In this document: piece by piece, positions 18,853 to 28,064 of the stretch
Position numbering within the stretch: position 1 is the stretch's first letter
Layout: the number at the start of each line of letters is the position of its first letter
Source: a virus
Strand: one strand, 5' to 3'
Virus record (IMG/VR): IMGVR_UViG_3300031647_000001
DNA length: 64,000 nucleotides
Made by a program: the position numbers and the translations under genes
Notes under the pieces: model-generated
What the model saw: only the letters and a program-made list of their open reading frames with translations
The model's database searches: none
Told to the model about the DNA's origin: nothing

Positions 18853-20004
18853 ATGAATAAAGTGAAAATAAGCACTCAAAAAATCCTCGAGGTATTAGCC
18901 TCAAGGTTTCCAGACAAAACGGAATTTAGAACTAGCGAAGTAGTTGATACTGGCAAGTCACTAGGTTACACTGGAAAAGATTGGAACCCGCTACTACAAC
19001 CAGAGAATAGAATCAAGAGAGGCATGTTTTGTCTAGCTTCGTTCATTCAACCTGTAGAAGATGTGGTTACAAATTCCGCCCCTCGCATGTTAAACAACGT
19101 GGTAGCTATGGCACCTCAATCAATAGTAAATAAGGAAAGGACCTATGCTAAAATAGATCCTACGTATATAGCATGGGGAGCACATTCTGATGTAACAAGA
19201 GTTATTAAGTCTGATATGTTCTACCCAATTTATATCTCAGGTCTTTCTGGCAACGGAAAAACTTTCATGGTCGAACAAGCATGTGCTAAGCTCGGCAGAG
19301 AGTTCATAAGAGTTCAAATCAATCCTGAAACTGATGAAGATGATTTAATCGGTGGATTCAGGTTGATCAATGGAGAAACAGTTTTCTCTAAAGGACCAGT
19401 TCTGAAAGCAATGGAAAATGGAGCAATCCTTCTCTTAGATGAGATCGATAGAGCTACAAATAAAATCATGTGCTTACAAGGAATCCTTGAAGGCAAACCA
19501 GTCCTAGTAAAGAAAACTGGTGAAGTGGTTGAACCGGCAGCAGGATTCAATATTATAGCTACAGCTAATACCAAAGGCAAAGGCTCAGAAGATGGCAGAT
19601 TTACTGCAGCTTCGATTATCGATGAAGCATTCCTTGAAAGGTTTACTATATCAATCGATCAGCAATATCCTTCAGCGGCAGTTGAAAAGAAAATTGTTAT
19701 TAAGCACTTTGAAAAGTTTGGTGTAGATCTTAATGAAGACGTTAATGATTTTACAACACAGCTTATTAACTGGGCTGATATCATTAGAAAAACTTTCTAT
19801 GATGATGGTGTAGATGAAGTAATTTCAACTAGAAGGCTTTGCCATATTGTTCAAACATACTCTATCTTTGAAGATAGAATGAAAGCAATCAATCTTTGTA
19901 TTGCTAGGTTTGATGATGATACTAGGGAAGCATTCCTTGATCTTTACACTAAAGTAGATTCAGGAGTTTCATTCGAAGATCCTGAAGAAGAGGCAGGTTA
20001 CTAA
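18853..20004 (+). CDS. MoxR/CobS-like AAA+ ATPase
   Basis: GLSGNGKT Walker A, LLLDEID Walker B, TANTKG, AFLERF; adjacent to vWA partner. Confidence 0.9.
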   Translation: MNKVKISTQKILEVLASRFPDKTEFRTSEVVDTGKSLGYTGKDWNPLLQPENRIKRGMFCLASFIQPVEDVVTNSAPRMLNNVVAMAPQSIVNKERTYAKIDPTYIAWGAHSDVTRVIKSDMFYPIYISGLSGNGKTFMVEQACAKLGREFIRVQINPETDEDDLIGGFRLINGETVFSKGPVLKAMENGAILLLDEIDRATNKIMCLQGILEGKPVLVKKTGEVVEPAAGFNIIATANTKGKGSEDGRFTAASIIDEAFLERFTISIDQQYPSAAVEKKIVIKHFEKFGVDLNEDVNDFTTQLINWADIIRKTFYDDGVDEVISTRRLCHIVQTYSIFEDRMKAINLCIARFDDDTREAFLDLYTKVDSGVSFEDPEEEAGY

Positions 20005-20013
20005 AATGAATCC

Positions 20014-20042
20014 TTTACTTTTACTAAAAACTGTGGTATAAT
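20014..20042 (+). promoter_or_regulatory. Sigma70-like promoter (TTTACT variant)
   Basis: TTTACT-N17-TATAAT with TG extended -10. Confidence 0.7.
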
Positions 20043-20049
20043 ATATCTA

Positions 20050-20358
20050 ATGAATAAAATATTATTAAAAACAAACTATAAATTTAATGAAGGAGCTCTT
20101 ATCAAAGAGTTCCAAAATTATGTAGACGGTACTTATGCAGGACATTATGGAGAAGGTGGATTTCAATCCTCTGAAGTCATAGTTGATCGTGGACATGGCC
20201 TAGGATTCTTCTTAGGAAATGTCGATAAGTACAACGCCAGGTACGGCAAAAAAGGTGGTCCTTCTGATCATCGCAAAGACTTAATGAAGGTGTTACATTA
20301 TGGTCTCTTGGCTCTATACGAGCACGACAGAATAAACACACCAACAGAGAAAAAATAA
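20050..20358 (+). CDS. DUF3310-like hypothetical protein
   Basis: HY.., GF.LGNVDKY..RYGKK.. DL.K..HY pattern. Confidence 0.65.
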   Translation: MNKILLKTNYKFNEGALIKEFQNYVDGTYAGHYGEGGFQSSEVIVDRGHGLGFFLGNVDKYNARYGKKGGPSDHRKDLMKVLHYGLLALYEHDRINTPTEKK

Positions 20359-21038
20359 TGAATATATCAAATGACACACTTGACGTGCTAAAAAACTTTG
20401 CTAGTATTAATCCCAATATGGTAATTAAACCTGGCCAACAACTGAAAACAATATCTGAAGCTAAGAACATTCTTGCCACCGCTGATATTATTGAAGACTT
20501 TCCGCAGGAGTTTGGAGTCTATGACTTAAACGAATTCTTGTCAGTCAACAATCTAGTAGCACCAGCAGAATTCGAATTTCAAGATAAATATGTTGATATG
20601 AAAAGCGAATCAGGTTCTAAAGTTAAGTACTACTTTTCTGAACCAGAAATTCTAACAACTCCACAAAAGGATATTAGTATGCCTGACTGTGAGTTTGGAA
20701 TTCAATTATCTGATGACCTACTCAATCAATTTAAAAAGGCAGCTGCAGTATTAGGTCATAGTGAACTAGTATTAACGGGTGACGATGGAGTTATTACAGC
20801 TTCGGTACTAGATGAAAAAGATTCCACAGCGAATACTTTCTCTCTACAAATCGATAGTAATAACGAATGTAAAAACAAATTCAGCTTTGTTATTAACATC
20901 AATAATCTAAAGCTATTAGCTGGTGATTACTATGTTAGTATCTCTTCTAAGCTTATAAGTAATTGGTCTAATACTTCACGTAATGGATCTATAAATTATT
21001 TTATTGCTTTAGAAAAAACAAGCGAATTTAATGTATAA
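20358..21038 (+). CDS. gp45: Sliding clamp
   Basis: LKNFASINPN, FGVYDLNEFL motifs; upstream of clamp loader. Confidence 0.93.
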   Translation: MNISNDTLDVLKNFASINPNMVIKPGQQLKTISEAKNILATADIIEDFPQEFGVYDLNEFLSVNNLVAPAEFEFQDKYVDMKSESGSKVKYYFSEPEILTTPQKDISMPDCEFGIQLSDDLLNQFKKAAAVLGHSELVLTGDDGVITASVLDEKDSTANTFSLQIDSNNECKNKFSFVININNLKLLAGDYYVSISSKLISNWSNTSRNGSINYFIALEKTSEFNV

Positions 21039-21143
21039 ATATAAATACATAAAAGAATTTCTCATTAATAATAATGAGGATATGGTGGAAGATGCGGATT
21101 ACCGGTCTTCTCAAATTAGTCTACTTTGCAAAGGAGAAATAAA

Positions 21144-21422
21144 ATGACTGAAGAAGTAAACGCGGCAGCAATGCCGGCAGCTGAAGAAGCTGCACCTCAA
21201 CTAACTCTTGGGGATATCGCGACATTGGTACAAATCATTGATTTGTGTTCAAAGCGTGGTGGATTCGAAGGATCAGAACTGGAAGCAGTTGGAAGTCTTA
21301 GAACAAGAGTAGTAACATTCCTAGAAGCAAACCAACCTAAAGATGGCGCTCAGCCAGCTGAAGGTACTATGGTTCCTGCTGAATCGGAAGAAGTAACAGA
21401 AGCTGTAACAGCTGAAGGTTAA
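21144..21422 (+). CDS. Hypothetical protein
   Basis: RBS AAGGAG then ATG at 21144; tandem TATAAATA at 21034-21047 upstream. Confidence 0.7.
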   Translation: MTEEVNAAAMPAAEEAAPQLTLGDIATLVQIIDLCSKRGGFEGSELEAVGSLRTRVVTFLEANQPKDGAQPAEGTMVPAESEEVTEAVTAEG

Positions 21423-21426
21423 AACT

Positions 21427-21456
21427 GAGGGGGACTTTCGGGTCCCCGCTCTTTTA
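21427..21456 (+). terminator. Rho-independent terminator
   Basis: GAG-GGGGAC-TTTCGG-GTCCCC-GCTC followed by TTTT. Confidence 0.8.
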
Positions 21457-21480
21457 TTATTATAAATTATTGGATATATT

Positions 21481-21738
21481 ATGAATACAAATGAATCAAA
21501 GTCGCTACTCAGCGCATTAAAACAAGGCACTGTAACAGTAACCTTTAATAAAATAGATACTGGCGAAGTAAGAGTTATGCCATGTACTCTCAACCCTGCA
21601 GTATTAGAAGCTAATAATGTTACTAGCAAATTTAACTATGAACCACAGAACATGGAAGCTTTCCCTGTATGGTCATTAGACAAGAACGCGTGGCGAGCTT
21701 TTAGACTTGATACAGTAACTGGTTGGGAGGTTCTTTAA
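21481..21738 (+). CDS. WYL_2/DUF2693-like small protein
   Basis: VTF.K.DTGEVR.M.CTL and W..D..AWRAFR motifs. Confidence 0.65.
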   Translation: MNTNESKSLLSALKQGTVTVTFNKIDTGEVRVMPCTLNPAVLEANNVTSKFNYEPQNMEAFPVWSLDKNAWRAFRLDTVTGWEVL

Positions 21739-22673
21739 TGCAAGAATTCTTATGGGTAGAAAAGTATCGTCCTCGAATTATCGATGATGTTATATTACCA
21801 GACCATTTAAAGTCCACCTTCAAAAAGATTGTCGAAGGTGGCGAATTACATAACATGCTTCTAACTGGCTCTGCTGGTCTCGGTAAAACTACCGTAGCAA
21901 AAGCTATATGTAATGAACTCGGATTAGATTTTCTTTTGGTCAATGGATCTGAAGAAGGTGGTATCGATATACTACGTAATAAGATTAAACAGTTTGCTAG
22001 CTCAGTTAGTTTGCAAGGTGGTTATAAGGTAGTTATATTAGATGAAGCTGATTACTTAAATCCACAATCTACTCAGCCAGCTCTTCGTGGATTCATTGAA
22101 GAGTTTAGTGCTAACTGTAGGTTCATCCTAACATGTAACTTTAAAAATAGAATCATCGATCCGTTGCATTCTCGTTGTACAACAATTGAATTCAATGTAT
22201 CTAAGAAAGATAGTATGGCGTTATGTGCCCAGTTCTTAGAACGATGTGAAATGATTCTTAAAATGAACAATGTAAATTACGAGAAACAAATACTAGCAGA
22301 ATTAATCATGAAGCATGCGCCTGATTGGCGTAAGGTTCTAAATGAATTGCAGAGATATTCTGTGAGTGGTACTATTGATACTGGAATCTTAGTTGCTCTA
22401 TCTGATACTAACGTTAATAACCTTATGACTTTCTTAAAAGAAAAGAACTTTAAGCAAATGCGTAAATGGGTTTCAGAAAACATGGACAGCGAACCAGTTG
22501 CTATTTATCGTAAGCTATATGATAATATGAGTGACCACGTAGATTCATCTTCTATTCCACAGTTAGTTCTTATCTTAGCTGATTATCAGTATAAGAATGC
22601 ATTCGTTGCAGATCACGAACTTAATACGGTTGCGTGTCTAACGGAAGTTATGGCAGGAGTTAAATTCAAATAA
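21738..22673 (+). CDS. gp44: Clamp loader large subunit
   Basis: LWVEKYRP, GSAGLGKTT, LDEAD and SRC motifs; likely start ATG at 21738. Confidence 0.96.
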   Translation: MQEFLWVEKYRPRIIDDVILPDHLKSTFKKIVEGGELHNMLLTGSAGLGKTTVAKAICNELGLDFLLVNGSEEGGIDILRNKIKQFASSVSLQGGYKVVILDEADYLNPQSTQPALRGFIEEFSANCRFILTCNFKNRIIDPLHSRCTTIEFNVSKKDSMALCAQFLERCEMILKMNNVNYEKQILAELIMKHAPDWRKVLNELQRYSVSGTIDTGILVALSDTNVNNLMTFLKEKNFKQMRKWVSENMDSEPVAIYRKLYDNMSDHVDSSSIPQLVLILADYQYKNAFVADHELNTVACLTEVMAGVKFK

Positions 22674-22777
22674 TGGGTAAATTTAGACAGTGGTTACGAA
22701 ACTGGTTTGATCATCAGCTCGAAAAATCATTACAAAGAACTGCAGATAGATTATCGTATAAAGGTAAAAATAAATGA
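22673..22777 (+). CDS. Possible 34-aa peptide
   Basis: Manual read MGKFRQWLRNWFD...; TAATG and ATGA translational coupling on both sides. Confidence 0.45.
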   Translation: MGKFRQWLRNWFDHQLEKSLQRTADRLSYKGKNK

Positions 22778-22977
22778 GATACTTTATAAACCCAGTCCAT
22801 TACGGAATTCAAACTCGATATAGAGTAAGTGCCATAATGCACGACAACACAATTATTAGTGAGTGGGTATTTGATTCAAAAGCGGAAGCCGATGATATGC
22901 TTACCAAGTTGGACGAAAAAGAACTTACAGCAGATTACAGACAAATGCAAAATGAAATTTATAGGAAGGAACTGTAA
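22774..22977 (+). CDS. Hypothetical protein
   Basis: Coupled ORF filling the gp44-gp62 gap. Confidence 0.5.
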   Translation: MRYFINPVHYGIQTRYRVSAIMHDNTIISEWVFDSKAEADDMLTKLDEKELTADYRQMQNEIYRKEL

Positions 22978-22978
22978 G

Positions 22979-23368
22979 ATGAATCCGTTTGAATACCTAA
23001 ATGCGATCAACTATTCTAAGAAAGATATTATGATTGATGATCTTGCTGAAAAAGGATACAATTCCTTTATGGTAAATCGAGGATTATCGTATTTTCCTGA
23101 TACAGTTCTATACGCTAATGAAATGAATAGGTGCCACCACATAGATAGCCGCCTTCAATTTGATTTTCTTATAAATATAACTAGGAAGAAGAAAAGGTTC
23201 TCTAAATGGTTTAAACCAAACGAGGATGAGAACATTAGTATTCTAAAGGAATATTATGGGTATAGCAATGAAAAGGCTAAATCTGTTTTATCATTATTAC
23301 ATATTAATCAAATTGAAGATTTGAAAAACAGGATTTATAAAGGTGGAAGAACAAAAAACAATAAGTAA
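22979..23368 (+). CDS. gp62: Clamp loader small subunit
   Basis: MNPFEYLNAIN, Y..FMVNRGLS...D and KKKRFSKW motifs; start at ATG 22979. Confidence 0.92.
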   Translation: MNPFEYLNAINYSKKDIMIDDLAEKGYNSFMVNRGLSYFPDTVLYANEMNRCHHIDSRLQFDFLINITRKKKRFSKWFKPNEDENISILKEYYGYSNEKAKSVLSLLHINQIEDLKNRIYKGGRTKNNK

Positions 23369-23768
23369 TTGGCATCCTGACATGATGCTCGAAATTACGC
23401 TCAACGAACCAGATGACTTTCTTAAAGTAAGAGAGACATTAACCCGTATAGGAGTAGCATCAAGGAAAGATAATAAACTTTTCCAGTCATGCCACATCCT
23501 TCACAAACAAGGTCGGTATTTCATAGTTCATTTTAAAGAACTATTTTTACTCGACGGAAAGCCAAGCAATTTACTCGAGAACGATGTACAGCGTAGAAAC
23601 ACTATAGCCGTACTACTCGCTGATTGGGGACTAATAAGTATTATTACTCCTGATCAAGCTAAGGACGTAGCGCCATTAAGACAAATTAAGATTATTCCTT
23701 TTAAAGATAAAAGCGAATGGGAACTATGTCCTAAGTACAATATTGGTAATTCTAATAAAGATACTTAA
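23343..23768 (+). CDS. regA: Translational repressor RegA
   Basis: DDFLKVRETLTRIG, QSCHILHKQGRYFIVHFKELF. Confidence 0.97.
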   Translation: MEEQKTISNWHPDMMLEITLNEPDDFLKVRETLTRIGVASRKDNKLFQSCHILHKQGRYFIVHFKELFLLDGKPSNLLENDVQRRNTIAVLLADWGLISIITPDQAKDVAPLRQIKIIPFKDKSEWELCPKYNIGNSNKDT

Positions 23769-23774
23769 GAACAT

Positions 23775-23906
23775 ATGACAGAAGAATTAAAACAATTAGG
23801 TTTGATTCCAGGAAAAAGCAAAGTTAAACAACAGATCATCGTAGGAAAATATATGATGATCTTTTATGTTGGCGTAATACTTGGACAAATCACACAAATT
23901 ATTTAA
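23775..23906 (+). CDS. Small membrane-anchored hypothetical protein, 43 aa
   Basis: Manual read MTEELKQLG...YVGVILGQITQII with hydrophobic C-terminus. Confidence 0.45.
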   Translation: MTEELKQLGLIPGKSKVKQQIIVGKYMMIFYVGVILGQITQII

Positions 23907-23996
23907 AAGGGCCTGACAGCTACTATAAATATAACTGATAGATGCGGTATAGGACCGGTCTACACTTAACCTTGCTATTTAATAGGAGGAACTAAA

Positions 23997-24449
23997 ATGG
24001 TAAGAAATACTATGAACGTGCCGCGTTCTCTATTCATTGGGTTTGACCCAATACTTAACGAGCTTGAAAGAATCCACTCAGCTGGAAGATCTCAAGACAA
24101 CTATCCACCTCATAACGTTGTAAAGGTCGATGATGAACATTTCATTATTGAACTTGCAGTTGCGGGATTCTCGGAAGAGAACATTTCCGTTGAGGTAAAA
24201 GATGGTATTCTGATAGTAAAAGGCGATCAGCCTGATGAGCCACGAGAATACGCACATAAGGGAATTTCATCCCGCAAATTTGAGAAGAGCTTCCGACTCT
24301 CTGAATTTGTTGTTATAGACGGTGCCAATCTTGTGAATGGAATACTTGTGGTGAATGCCAGAGTAGAAGTTCCAGAAGAGAGGCGTCCTAGGAAGATCGA
24401 TATAGGGTCTGCTGGGGCATCAAAAAAGAAAGAGTTTATTCAAGAATAG
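23997..24449 (+). CDS. Small heat-shock protein Hsp20/IbpA-like
   Basis: YPPHN, LAVAGF, HKGIS.R.F, A.L.NGIL alpha-crystallin motifs; TATAAATA at 23924-23931. Confidence 0.95.
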   Translation: MVRNTMNVPRSLFIGFDPILNELERIHSAGRSQDNYPPHNVVKVDDEHFIIELAVAGFSEENISVEVKDGILIVKGDQPDEPREYAHKGISSRKFEKSFRLSEFVVIDGANLVNGILVVNARVEVPEERRPRKIDIGSAGASKKKEFIQE

Positions 24450-24504
24450 ACTCTCAATTAGCGAACACTCAGTAGATTGTTTTTTAACCTTTTACTGGAG
24501 ATAA

Positions 24505-24663
24505 ATGATAATGACAAGATTAATTAATATGTTAATTACTGACAAAAATCATGATATCGCTAAGGCCTTATATGAAATGATGGAAGTTTTCCTCATTGGT
24601 ACGTTCTGCTTAGGTGCAGCGCCGTTGCTAATGTGGTTGGCAGCCACTTCATGGAGTATCTAG
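24505..24663 (+). CDS. Small membrane protein, 52 aa
   Basis: Manual read with RBS GGAG and hydrophobic C-terminal half. Confidence 0.5.
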   Translation: MIMTRLINMLITDKNHDIAKALYEMMEVFLIGTFCLGAAPLLMWLAATSWSI

Positions 24664-24684
24664 GTCCAGCCTTTACATCATATC

Positions 24685-24712
24685 GGGGGGATTCACGTCC
24701 CCCCAACTTATT
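24685..24712 (+). terminator. Probable terminator hairpin
   Basis: G-run/C-run stem (GGGGGA-TTCACG-TCCCCC) followed by an AT-rich tail, just upstream of the gp43 promoter. Confidence 0.6.
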
Positions 24713-24724
24713 ATTAAATAACAG

Positions 24725-24753
24725 TGTACATTTAGCGTAAACTGTGTTATAAT
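24725..24753 (+). promoter_or_regulatory. Sigma70-like promoter for DNA polymerase
   Basis: TGTACA-N17-TATAAT. Confidence 0.8.
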
Positions 24754-24780
24754 ATATATCTACATTATGGAAAAAGCTAT

Positions 24781-27303
24781 ATGAATTTTTACACCAGCGT
24801 TACTCGCTACGGCAATATGATCCTCTATCGTGGATATGAAAACGGTAAGAAAGTTAGTCACAAAATCAAATACGCTCCTACGTTATTTGTCTCTTCACCA
24901 AAAGGTGATTGGTCATCTCTCGACGGAGTTAAATGCGCACCCCTTAAATTCGACACCATGCGTGATGCGAAAAACTGGGTCGGCGAAAACAAAGAGGTTG
25001 CAGGTCGTAAGATCTTTGGCAACACTCGATACATATCAACATTCATTAACGAATACTTTCCAGGCACAATCAAATTCGATCGTAATCTTATTAACGTAAC
25101 TACTATCGATATTGAGGTTGCTTCTGATGATGGATTTCCAGAGCCAATAGATGCGGCAAAGGAAGTAACTGCAATTTGTGTTAAGAACAATATAGACAAT
25201 ACTTACTACGTATTTGGCGTTGGTGATTATGACGTTGAGAATTCTTTAATGAAAACTCATAGAGTTGTATATACCAAGTGCTTAAACGAAGTACATCTAC
25301 TTCAAATGTTCTTATCCCATTGGTCTACACCATCTCATACACCTGATGTTATAACTGGTTGGAATAGTAGATTCTTCGATATACCTTATCTTGTAAATAG
25401 AATTAATCGTTTACTTCCAGGAGAACAACGTAAGTTATCTCCATGGGGAATGGTTGACGAAAGAATAATTAATGTCATGCAACGTAAACAGCAAACATAC
25501 GAAATTGGTGGCATCGAACATCTTGATTACCTTGAACTATTTAAAAAGTTTGGTTACTCTTATGGTCCACAAGAAACATATCGTCTCGATCACATTGCTA
25601 ATGTTGTCCTAGGCGAAAAGAAACTATCGTATGAAGAACATGGAGATCTATTTAGTTTATACAAATTTGATTATCAAAAGTTTATTGATTATAATATCAA
25701 AGACGTTGAGCTAGTTGATCGTATAGAAGACAAGACAGGTCTTATTACTCTTGCTATGACTATGGGTTATAAGGGTGGCGTTAACTACGGTGATACATTT
25801 GGCACAACTGCTATATGGGATACAATCATCTATAGAGATCTATACGCAAATAAAATTGCTATACCATTCGCTGAAGAAAAGTTTAAAACACCATATCCTG
25901 GTGGCTATGTTAAAGAACCTCAAGTTGGATTACATCGTAATGTAGTTTCTTTTGATTTAAACTCTCTTTATCCATCACTTATTATGCAATATAATATGTC
26001 TCCAGAAACTATTATCAGTGGTAAAGTATCATCACACGTTACGGTAGACAATGTCTTATCTGGCTCTAGGCCAATGATTGAACCTAATGAATGTATCTCA
26101 GTTGGTGGCCAGCATTTTAATACAAGTAACAAAGGTGTGTTACCTAAAATAATAAACGACTTATACGAAGAACGTACAATCATAAAGCAAAGCATGCTTA
26201 AAGCACAAAAAGAATTACAGAAGGTAAACAAAAATGATAAACAAGAATTATACAGAATCGAAAGAGATATTGCGATTAACGAAAACCAGCAAATGTCGAT
26301 TAAAATTCTCCTTAATTCTCTTTATGGTGCTCTCGGTAATAAGTACTTCAGATTCTTCGACCAACGAATTGCAGAAGGAATCACTCTTACAGGACAGCTT
26401 ACAATTCGATGGGCTGAACAAGCAGTCAATGGTTATATCAATAAACTGCTTAACTCGCCAAATGGAAATAGTCCCAAGGATTACGTTATTGCAATTGACA
26501 CCGACAGTGTGTATGTTAGCTTAGACGAATTAGTTAAAAAGTTTAATCCAACAAACGTTACTGATTTCTTAGATTCAGTTTGCCAAGACAAGATCGTACC
26601 AATGCTTGCTAAGTCATATGAAAATCTATATGCTACCTTAGGTGGTATCGAAAACAAAATGGTTATGGATCGTGAAGTAATTGCTGATGTAGGAATATGG
26701 ACTGCTAAGAAACGTTACATTCTAAATGTACAAGACAATGAAGGTGTACGTTACGCTGAACCTAAACTTAAGATCATGGGAATCGAAGCTATTAAATCTT
26801 CTACTCCTATGCCATGTCGAGATGCTCTTAAAGCTATCTTCAAAGAAATAGTATCAGGCAGTGAAGCTCAAGTCCAAGCATCGATCGATCAATTTAAAAC
26901 ATATTTCAAATCACTAGCACCACACGAAATTGCATTCCCACGTGGCATTACTAAAATTGCAGCCTTTAAAGATCTACAAACGATCTATAAGAAGGGCACA
27001 CCAATTCATGCAAGAGGTGGGTTACTATATAATAAGCTATTGCTTGACTTATCTCTACAAAAGAAACATCAACCAATTGGCAACGGAGAAAAGATTAAGT
27101 TCGTATATCTTCGTACACCAAATAGTCTTCATGAAAATGTTATATCATTTCCTGAATACTTACCAGAAGAATTCGGATTGCATAAGTACGTTGATTATGA
27201 CATGCAATTCCAAAAGACTTTCTTAGATGCTATCGAACCAGTGCTCAATGCAATTGGTTGGTCATCCAAGGAGATAGCTACTTTAAATGATTTTTTTGAA
27301 TAA
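24781..27303 (+). CDS. gp43: Family B DNA polymerase
   Basis: Exo DIEV, SFDLNSLYPS, KILLNSLYGALG and AIDTDS motifs; no intein or intron seen. Confidence 0.98.
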   Translation: MNFYTSVTRYGNMILYRGYENGKKVSHKIKYAPTLFVSSPKGDWSSLDGVKCAPLKFDTMRDAKNWVGENKEVAGRKIFGNTRYISTFINEYFPGTIKFDRNLINVTTIDIEVASDDGFPEPIDAAKEVTAICVKNNIDNTYYVFGVGDYDVENSLMKTHRVVYTKCLNEVHLLQMFLSHWSTPSHTPDVITGWNSRFFDIPYLVNRINRLLPGEQRKLSPWGMVDERIINVMQRKQQTYEIGGIEHLDYLELFKKFGYSYGPQETYRLDHIANVVLGEKKLSYEEHGDLFSLYKFDYQKFIDYNIKDVELVDRIEDKTGLITLAMTMGYKGGVNYGDTFGTTAIWDTIIYRDLYANKIAIPFAEEKFKTPYPGGYVKEPQVGLHRNVVSFDLNSLYPSLIMQYNMSPETIISGKVSSHVTVDNVLSGSRPMIEPNECISVGGQHFNTSNKGVLPKIINDLYEERTIIKQSMLKAQKELQKVNKNDKQELYRIERDIAINENQQMSIKILLNSLYGALGNKYFRFFDQRIAEGITLTGQLTIRWAEQAVNGYINKLLNSPNGNSPKDYVIAIDTDSVYVSLDELVKKFNPTNVTDFLDSVCQDKIVPMLAKSYENLYATLGGIENKMVMDREVIADVGIWTAKKRYILNVQDNEGVRYAEPKLKIMGIEAIKSSTPMPCRDALKAIFKEIVSGSEAQVQASIDQFKTYFKSLAPHEIAFPRGITKIAAFKDLQTIYKKGTPIHARGGLLYNKLLLDLSLQKKHQPIGNGEKIKFVYLRTPNSLHENVISFPEYLPEEFGLHKYVDYDMQFQKTFLDAIEPVLNAIGWSSKEIATLNDFFE

Positions 27304-27308
27304 AGTAG

Positions 27309-27337
27309 TGTACATACACTTAAAACTGTGTTATAAT
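27309..27337 (+). promoter_or_regulatory. Sigma70-like promoter
   Basis: TGTACA-N17-TATAAT. Confidence 0.8.
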
Positions 27338-27357
27338 ATACCATATATGGAGAAAAT

Positions 27358-27660
27358 ATGAAAAATATAAAATTAGTCAGATTAACATCAGGTGAAGAAC
27401 TCATCGCAAACGTTGATCTAAACGGTATCGATACTGATACAATTATACTTAAGGATGCAATCGTTCTTATTCCAGCTGGAGAAGGTAAACTAGGCTTTAT
27501 GCCATTTATGCCTTATACAAAAGCCAGGGAAGGATTTGAAGTTGATTTGAAATTCGTTATGTTTATGGTTGACCCAGTAGAAGATCTAGTTAAACAACAT
27601 GCTGGCGCAACAAGTCCTATCGACTTATCTGCTTCTGCACCTTCTGGGATTATTACATAA
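27358..27660 (+). CDS. Conserved T4-like hypothetical protein (Sm-like fold)
   Basis: KLVRLTSGEELI motif. Confidence 0.7.
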   Translation: MKNIKLVRLTSGEELIANVDLNGIDTDTIILKDAIVLIPAGEGKLGFMPFMPYTKAREGFEVDLKFVMFMVDPVEDLVKQHAGATSPIDLSASAPSGIIT

Positions 27661-28064
27661 TGAGTAAGGATTGGGTAAAAGATATTCACGTTATGCAAGC
27701 TAAATATCTTACGCGACAATGGGTTGAAACTAATCCAGATAAACTCAAAGAATTCTTAGAATTTAGAGTTGATTTTCTTAAAGAAGAATTGATGGAAACT
27801 AAAAAAGCTACTACTGAAAACGATCCTGAAGAAATCGTTGATGGTCTTATCGACTTATGTGTAGTAGCAATTGGTACTCTTGATGCTTTTGGAGTAGATC
27901 CTTATAAAGCATGGGATGCAGTACTCGAAGCTAATATGAATAAAGAAGTTGGTAAAAAACCCTCAAGGCCTAACCCTTTGGGAGTGCCAGATTTAATTAA
28001 GCCAGAAGGCTGGGAAGCACCGTCACACAATGGAAACCATGGTAAGTTTAACAATATTCGATAA
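27660..28064 (+). CDS. MazG/PRA-PH-like all-alpha nucleoside triphosphate pyrophosphohydrolase
   Basis: EE..E...A......EIVDGLIDL motif, V..ANM.K, K.IKP.GW. Confidence 0.8.
   Translation: MSKDWVKDIHVMQAKYLTRQWVETNPDKLKEFLEFRVDFLKEELMETKKATTENDPEEIVDGLIDLCVVAIGTLDAFGVDPYKAWDAVLEANMNKEVGKKPSRPNPLGVPDLIKPEGWEAPSHNGNHGKFNNIR

Noticed and set aside
24781-27303. Possible intein or intron in gp43 (also checked nrdA, nrdB, gp41, uvsX)
   Set aside because: ORFs are continuous and of ordinary length, with no C/S...HN intein ends or inserted homing endonuclease.
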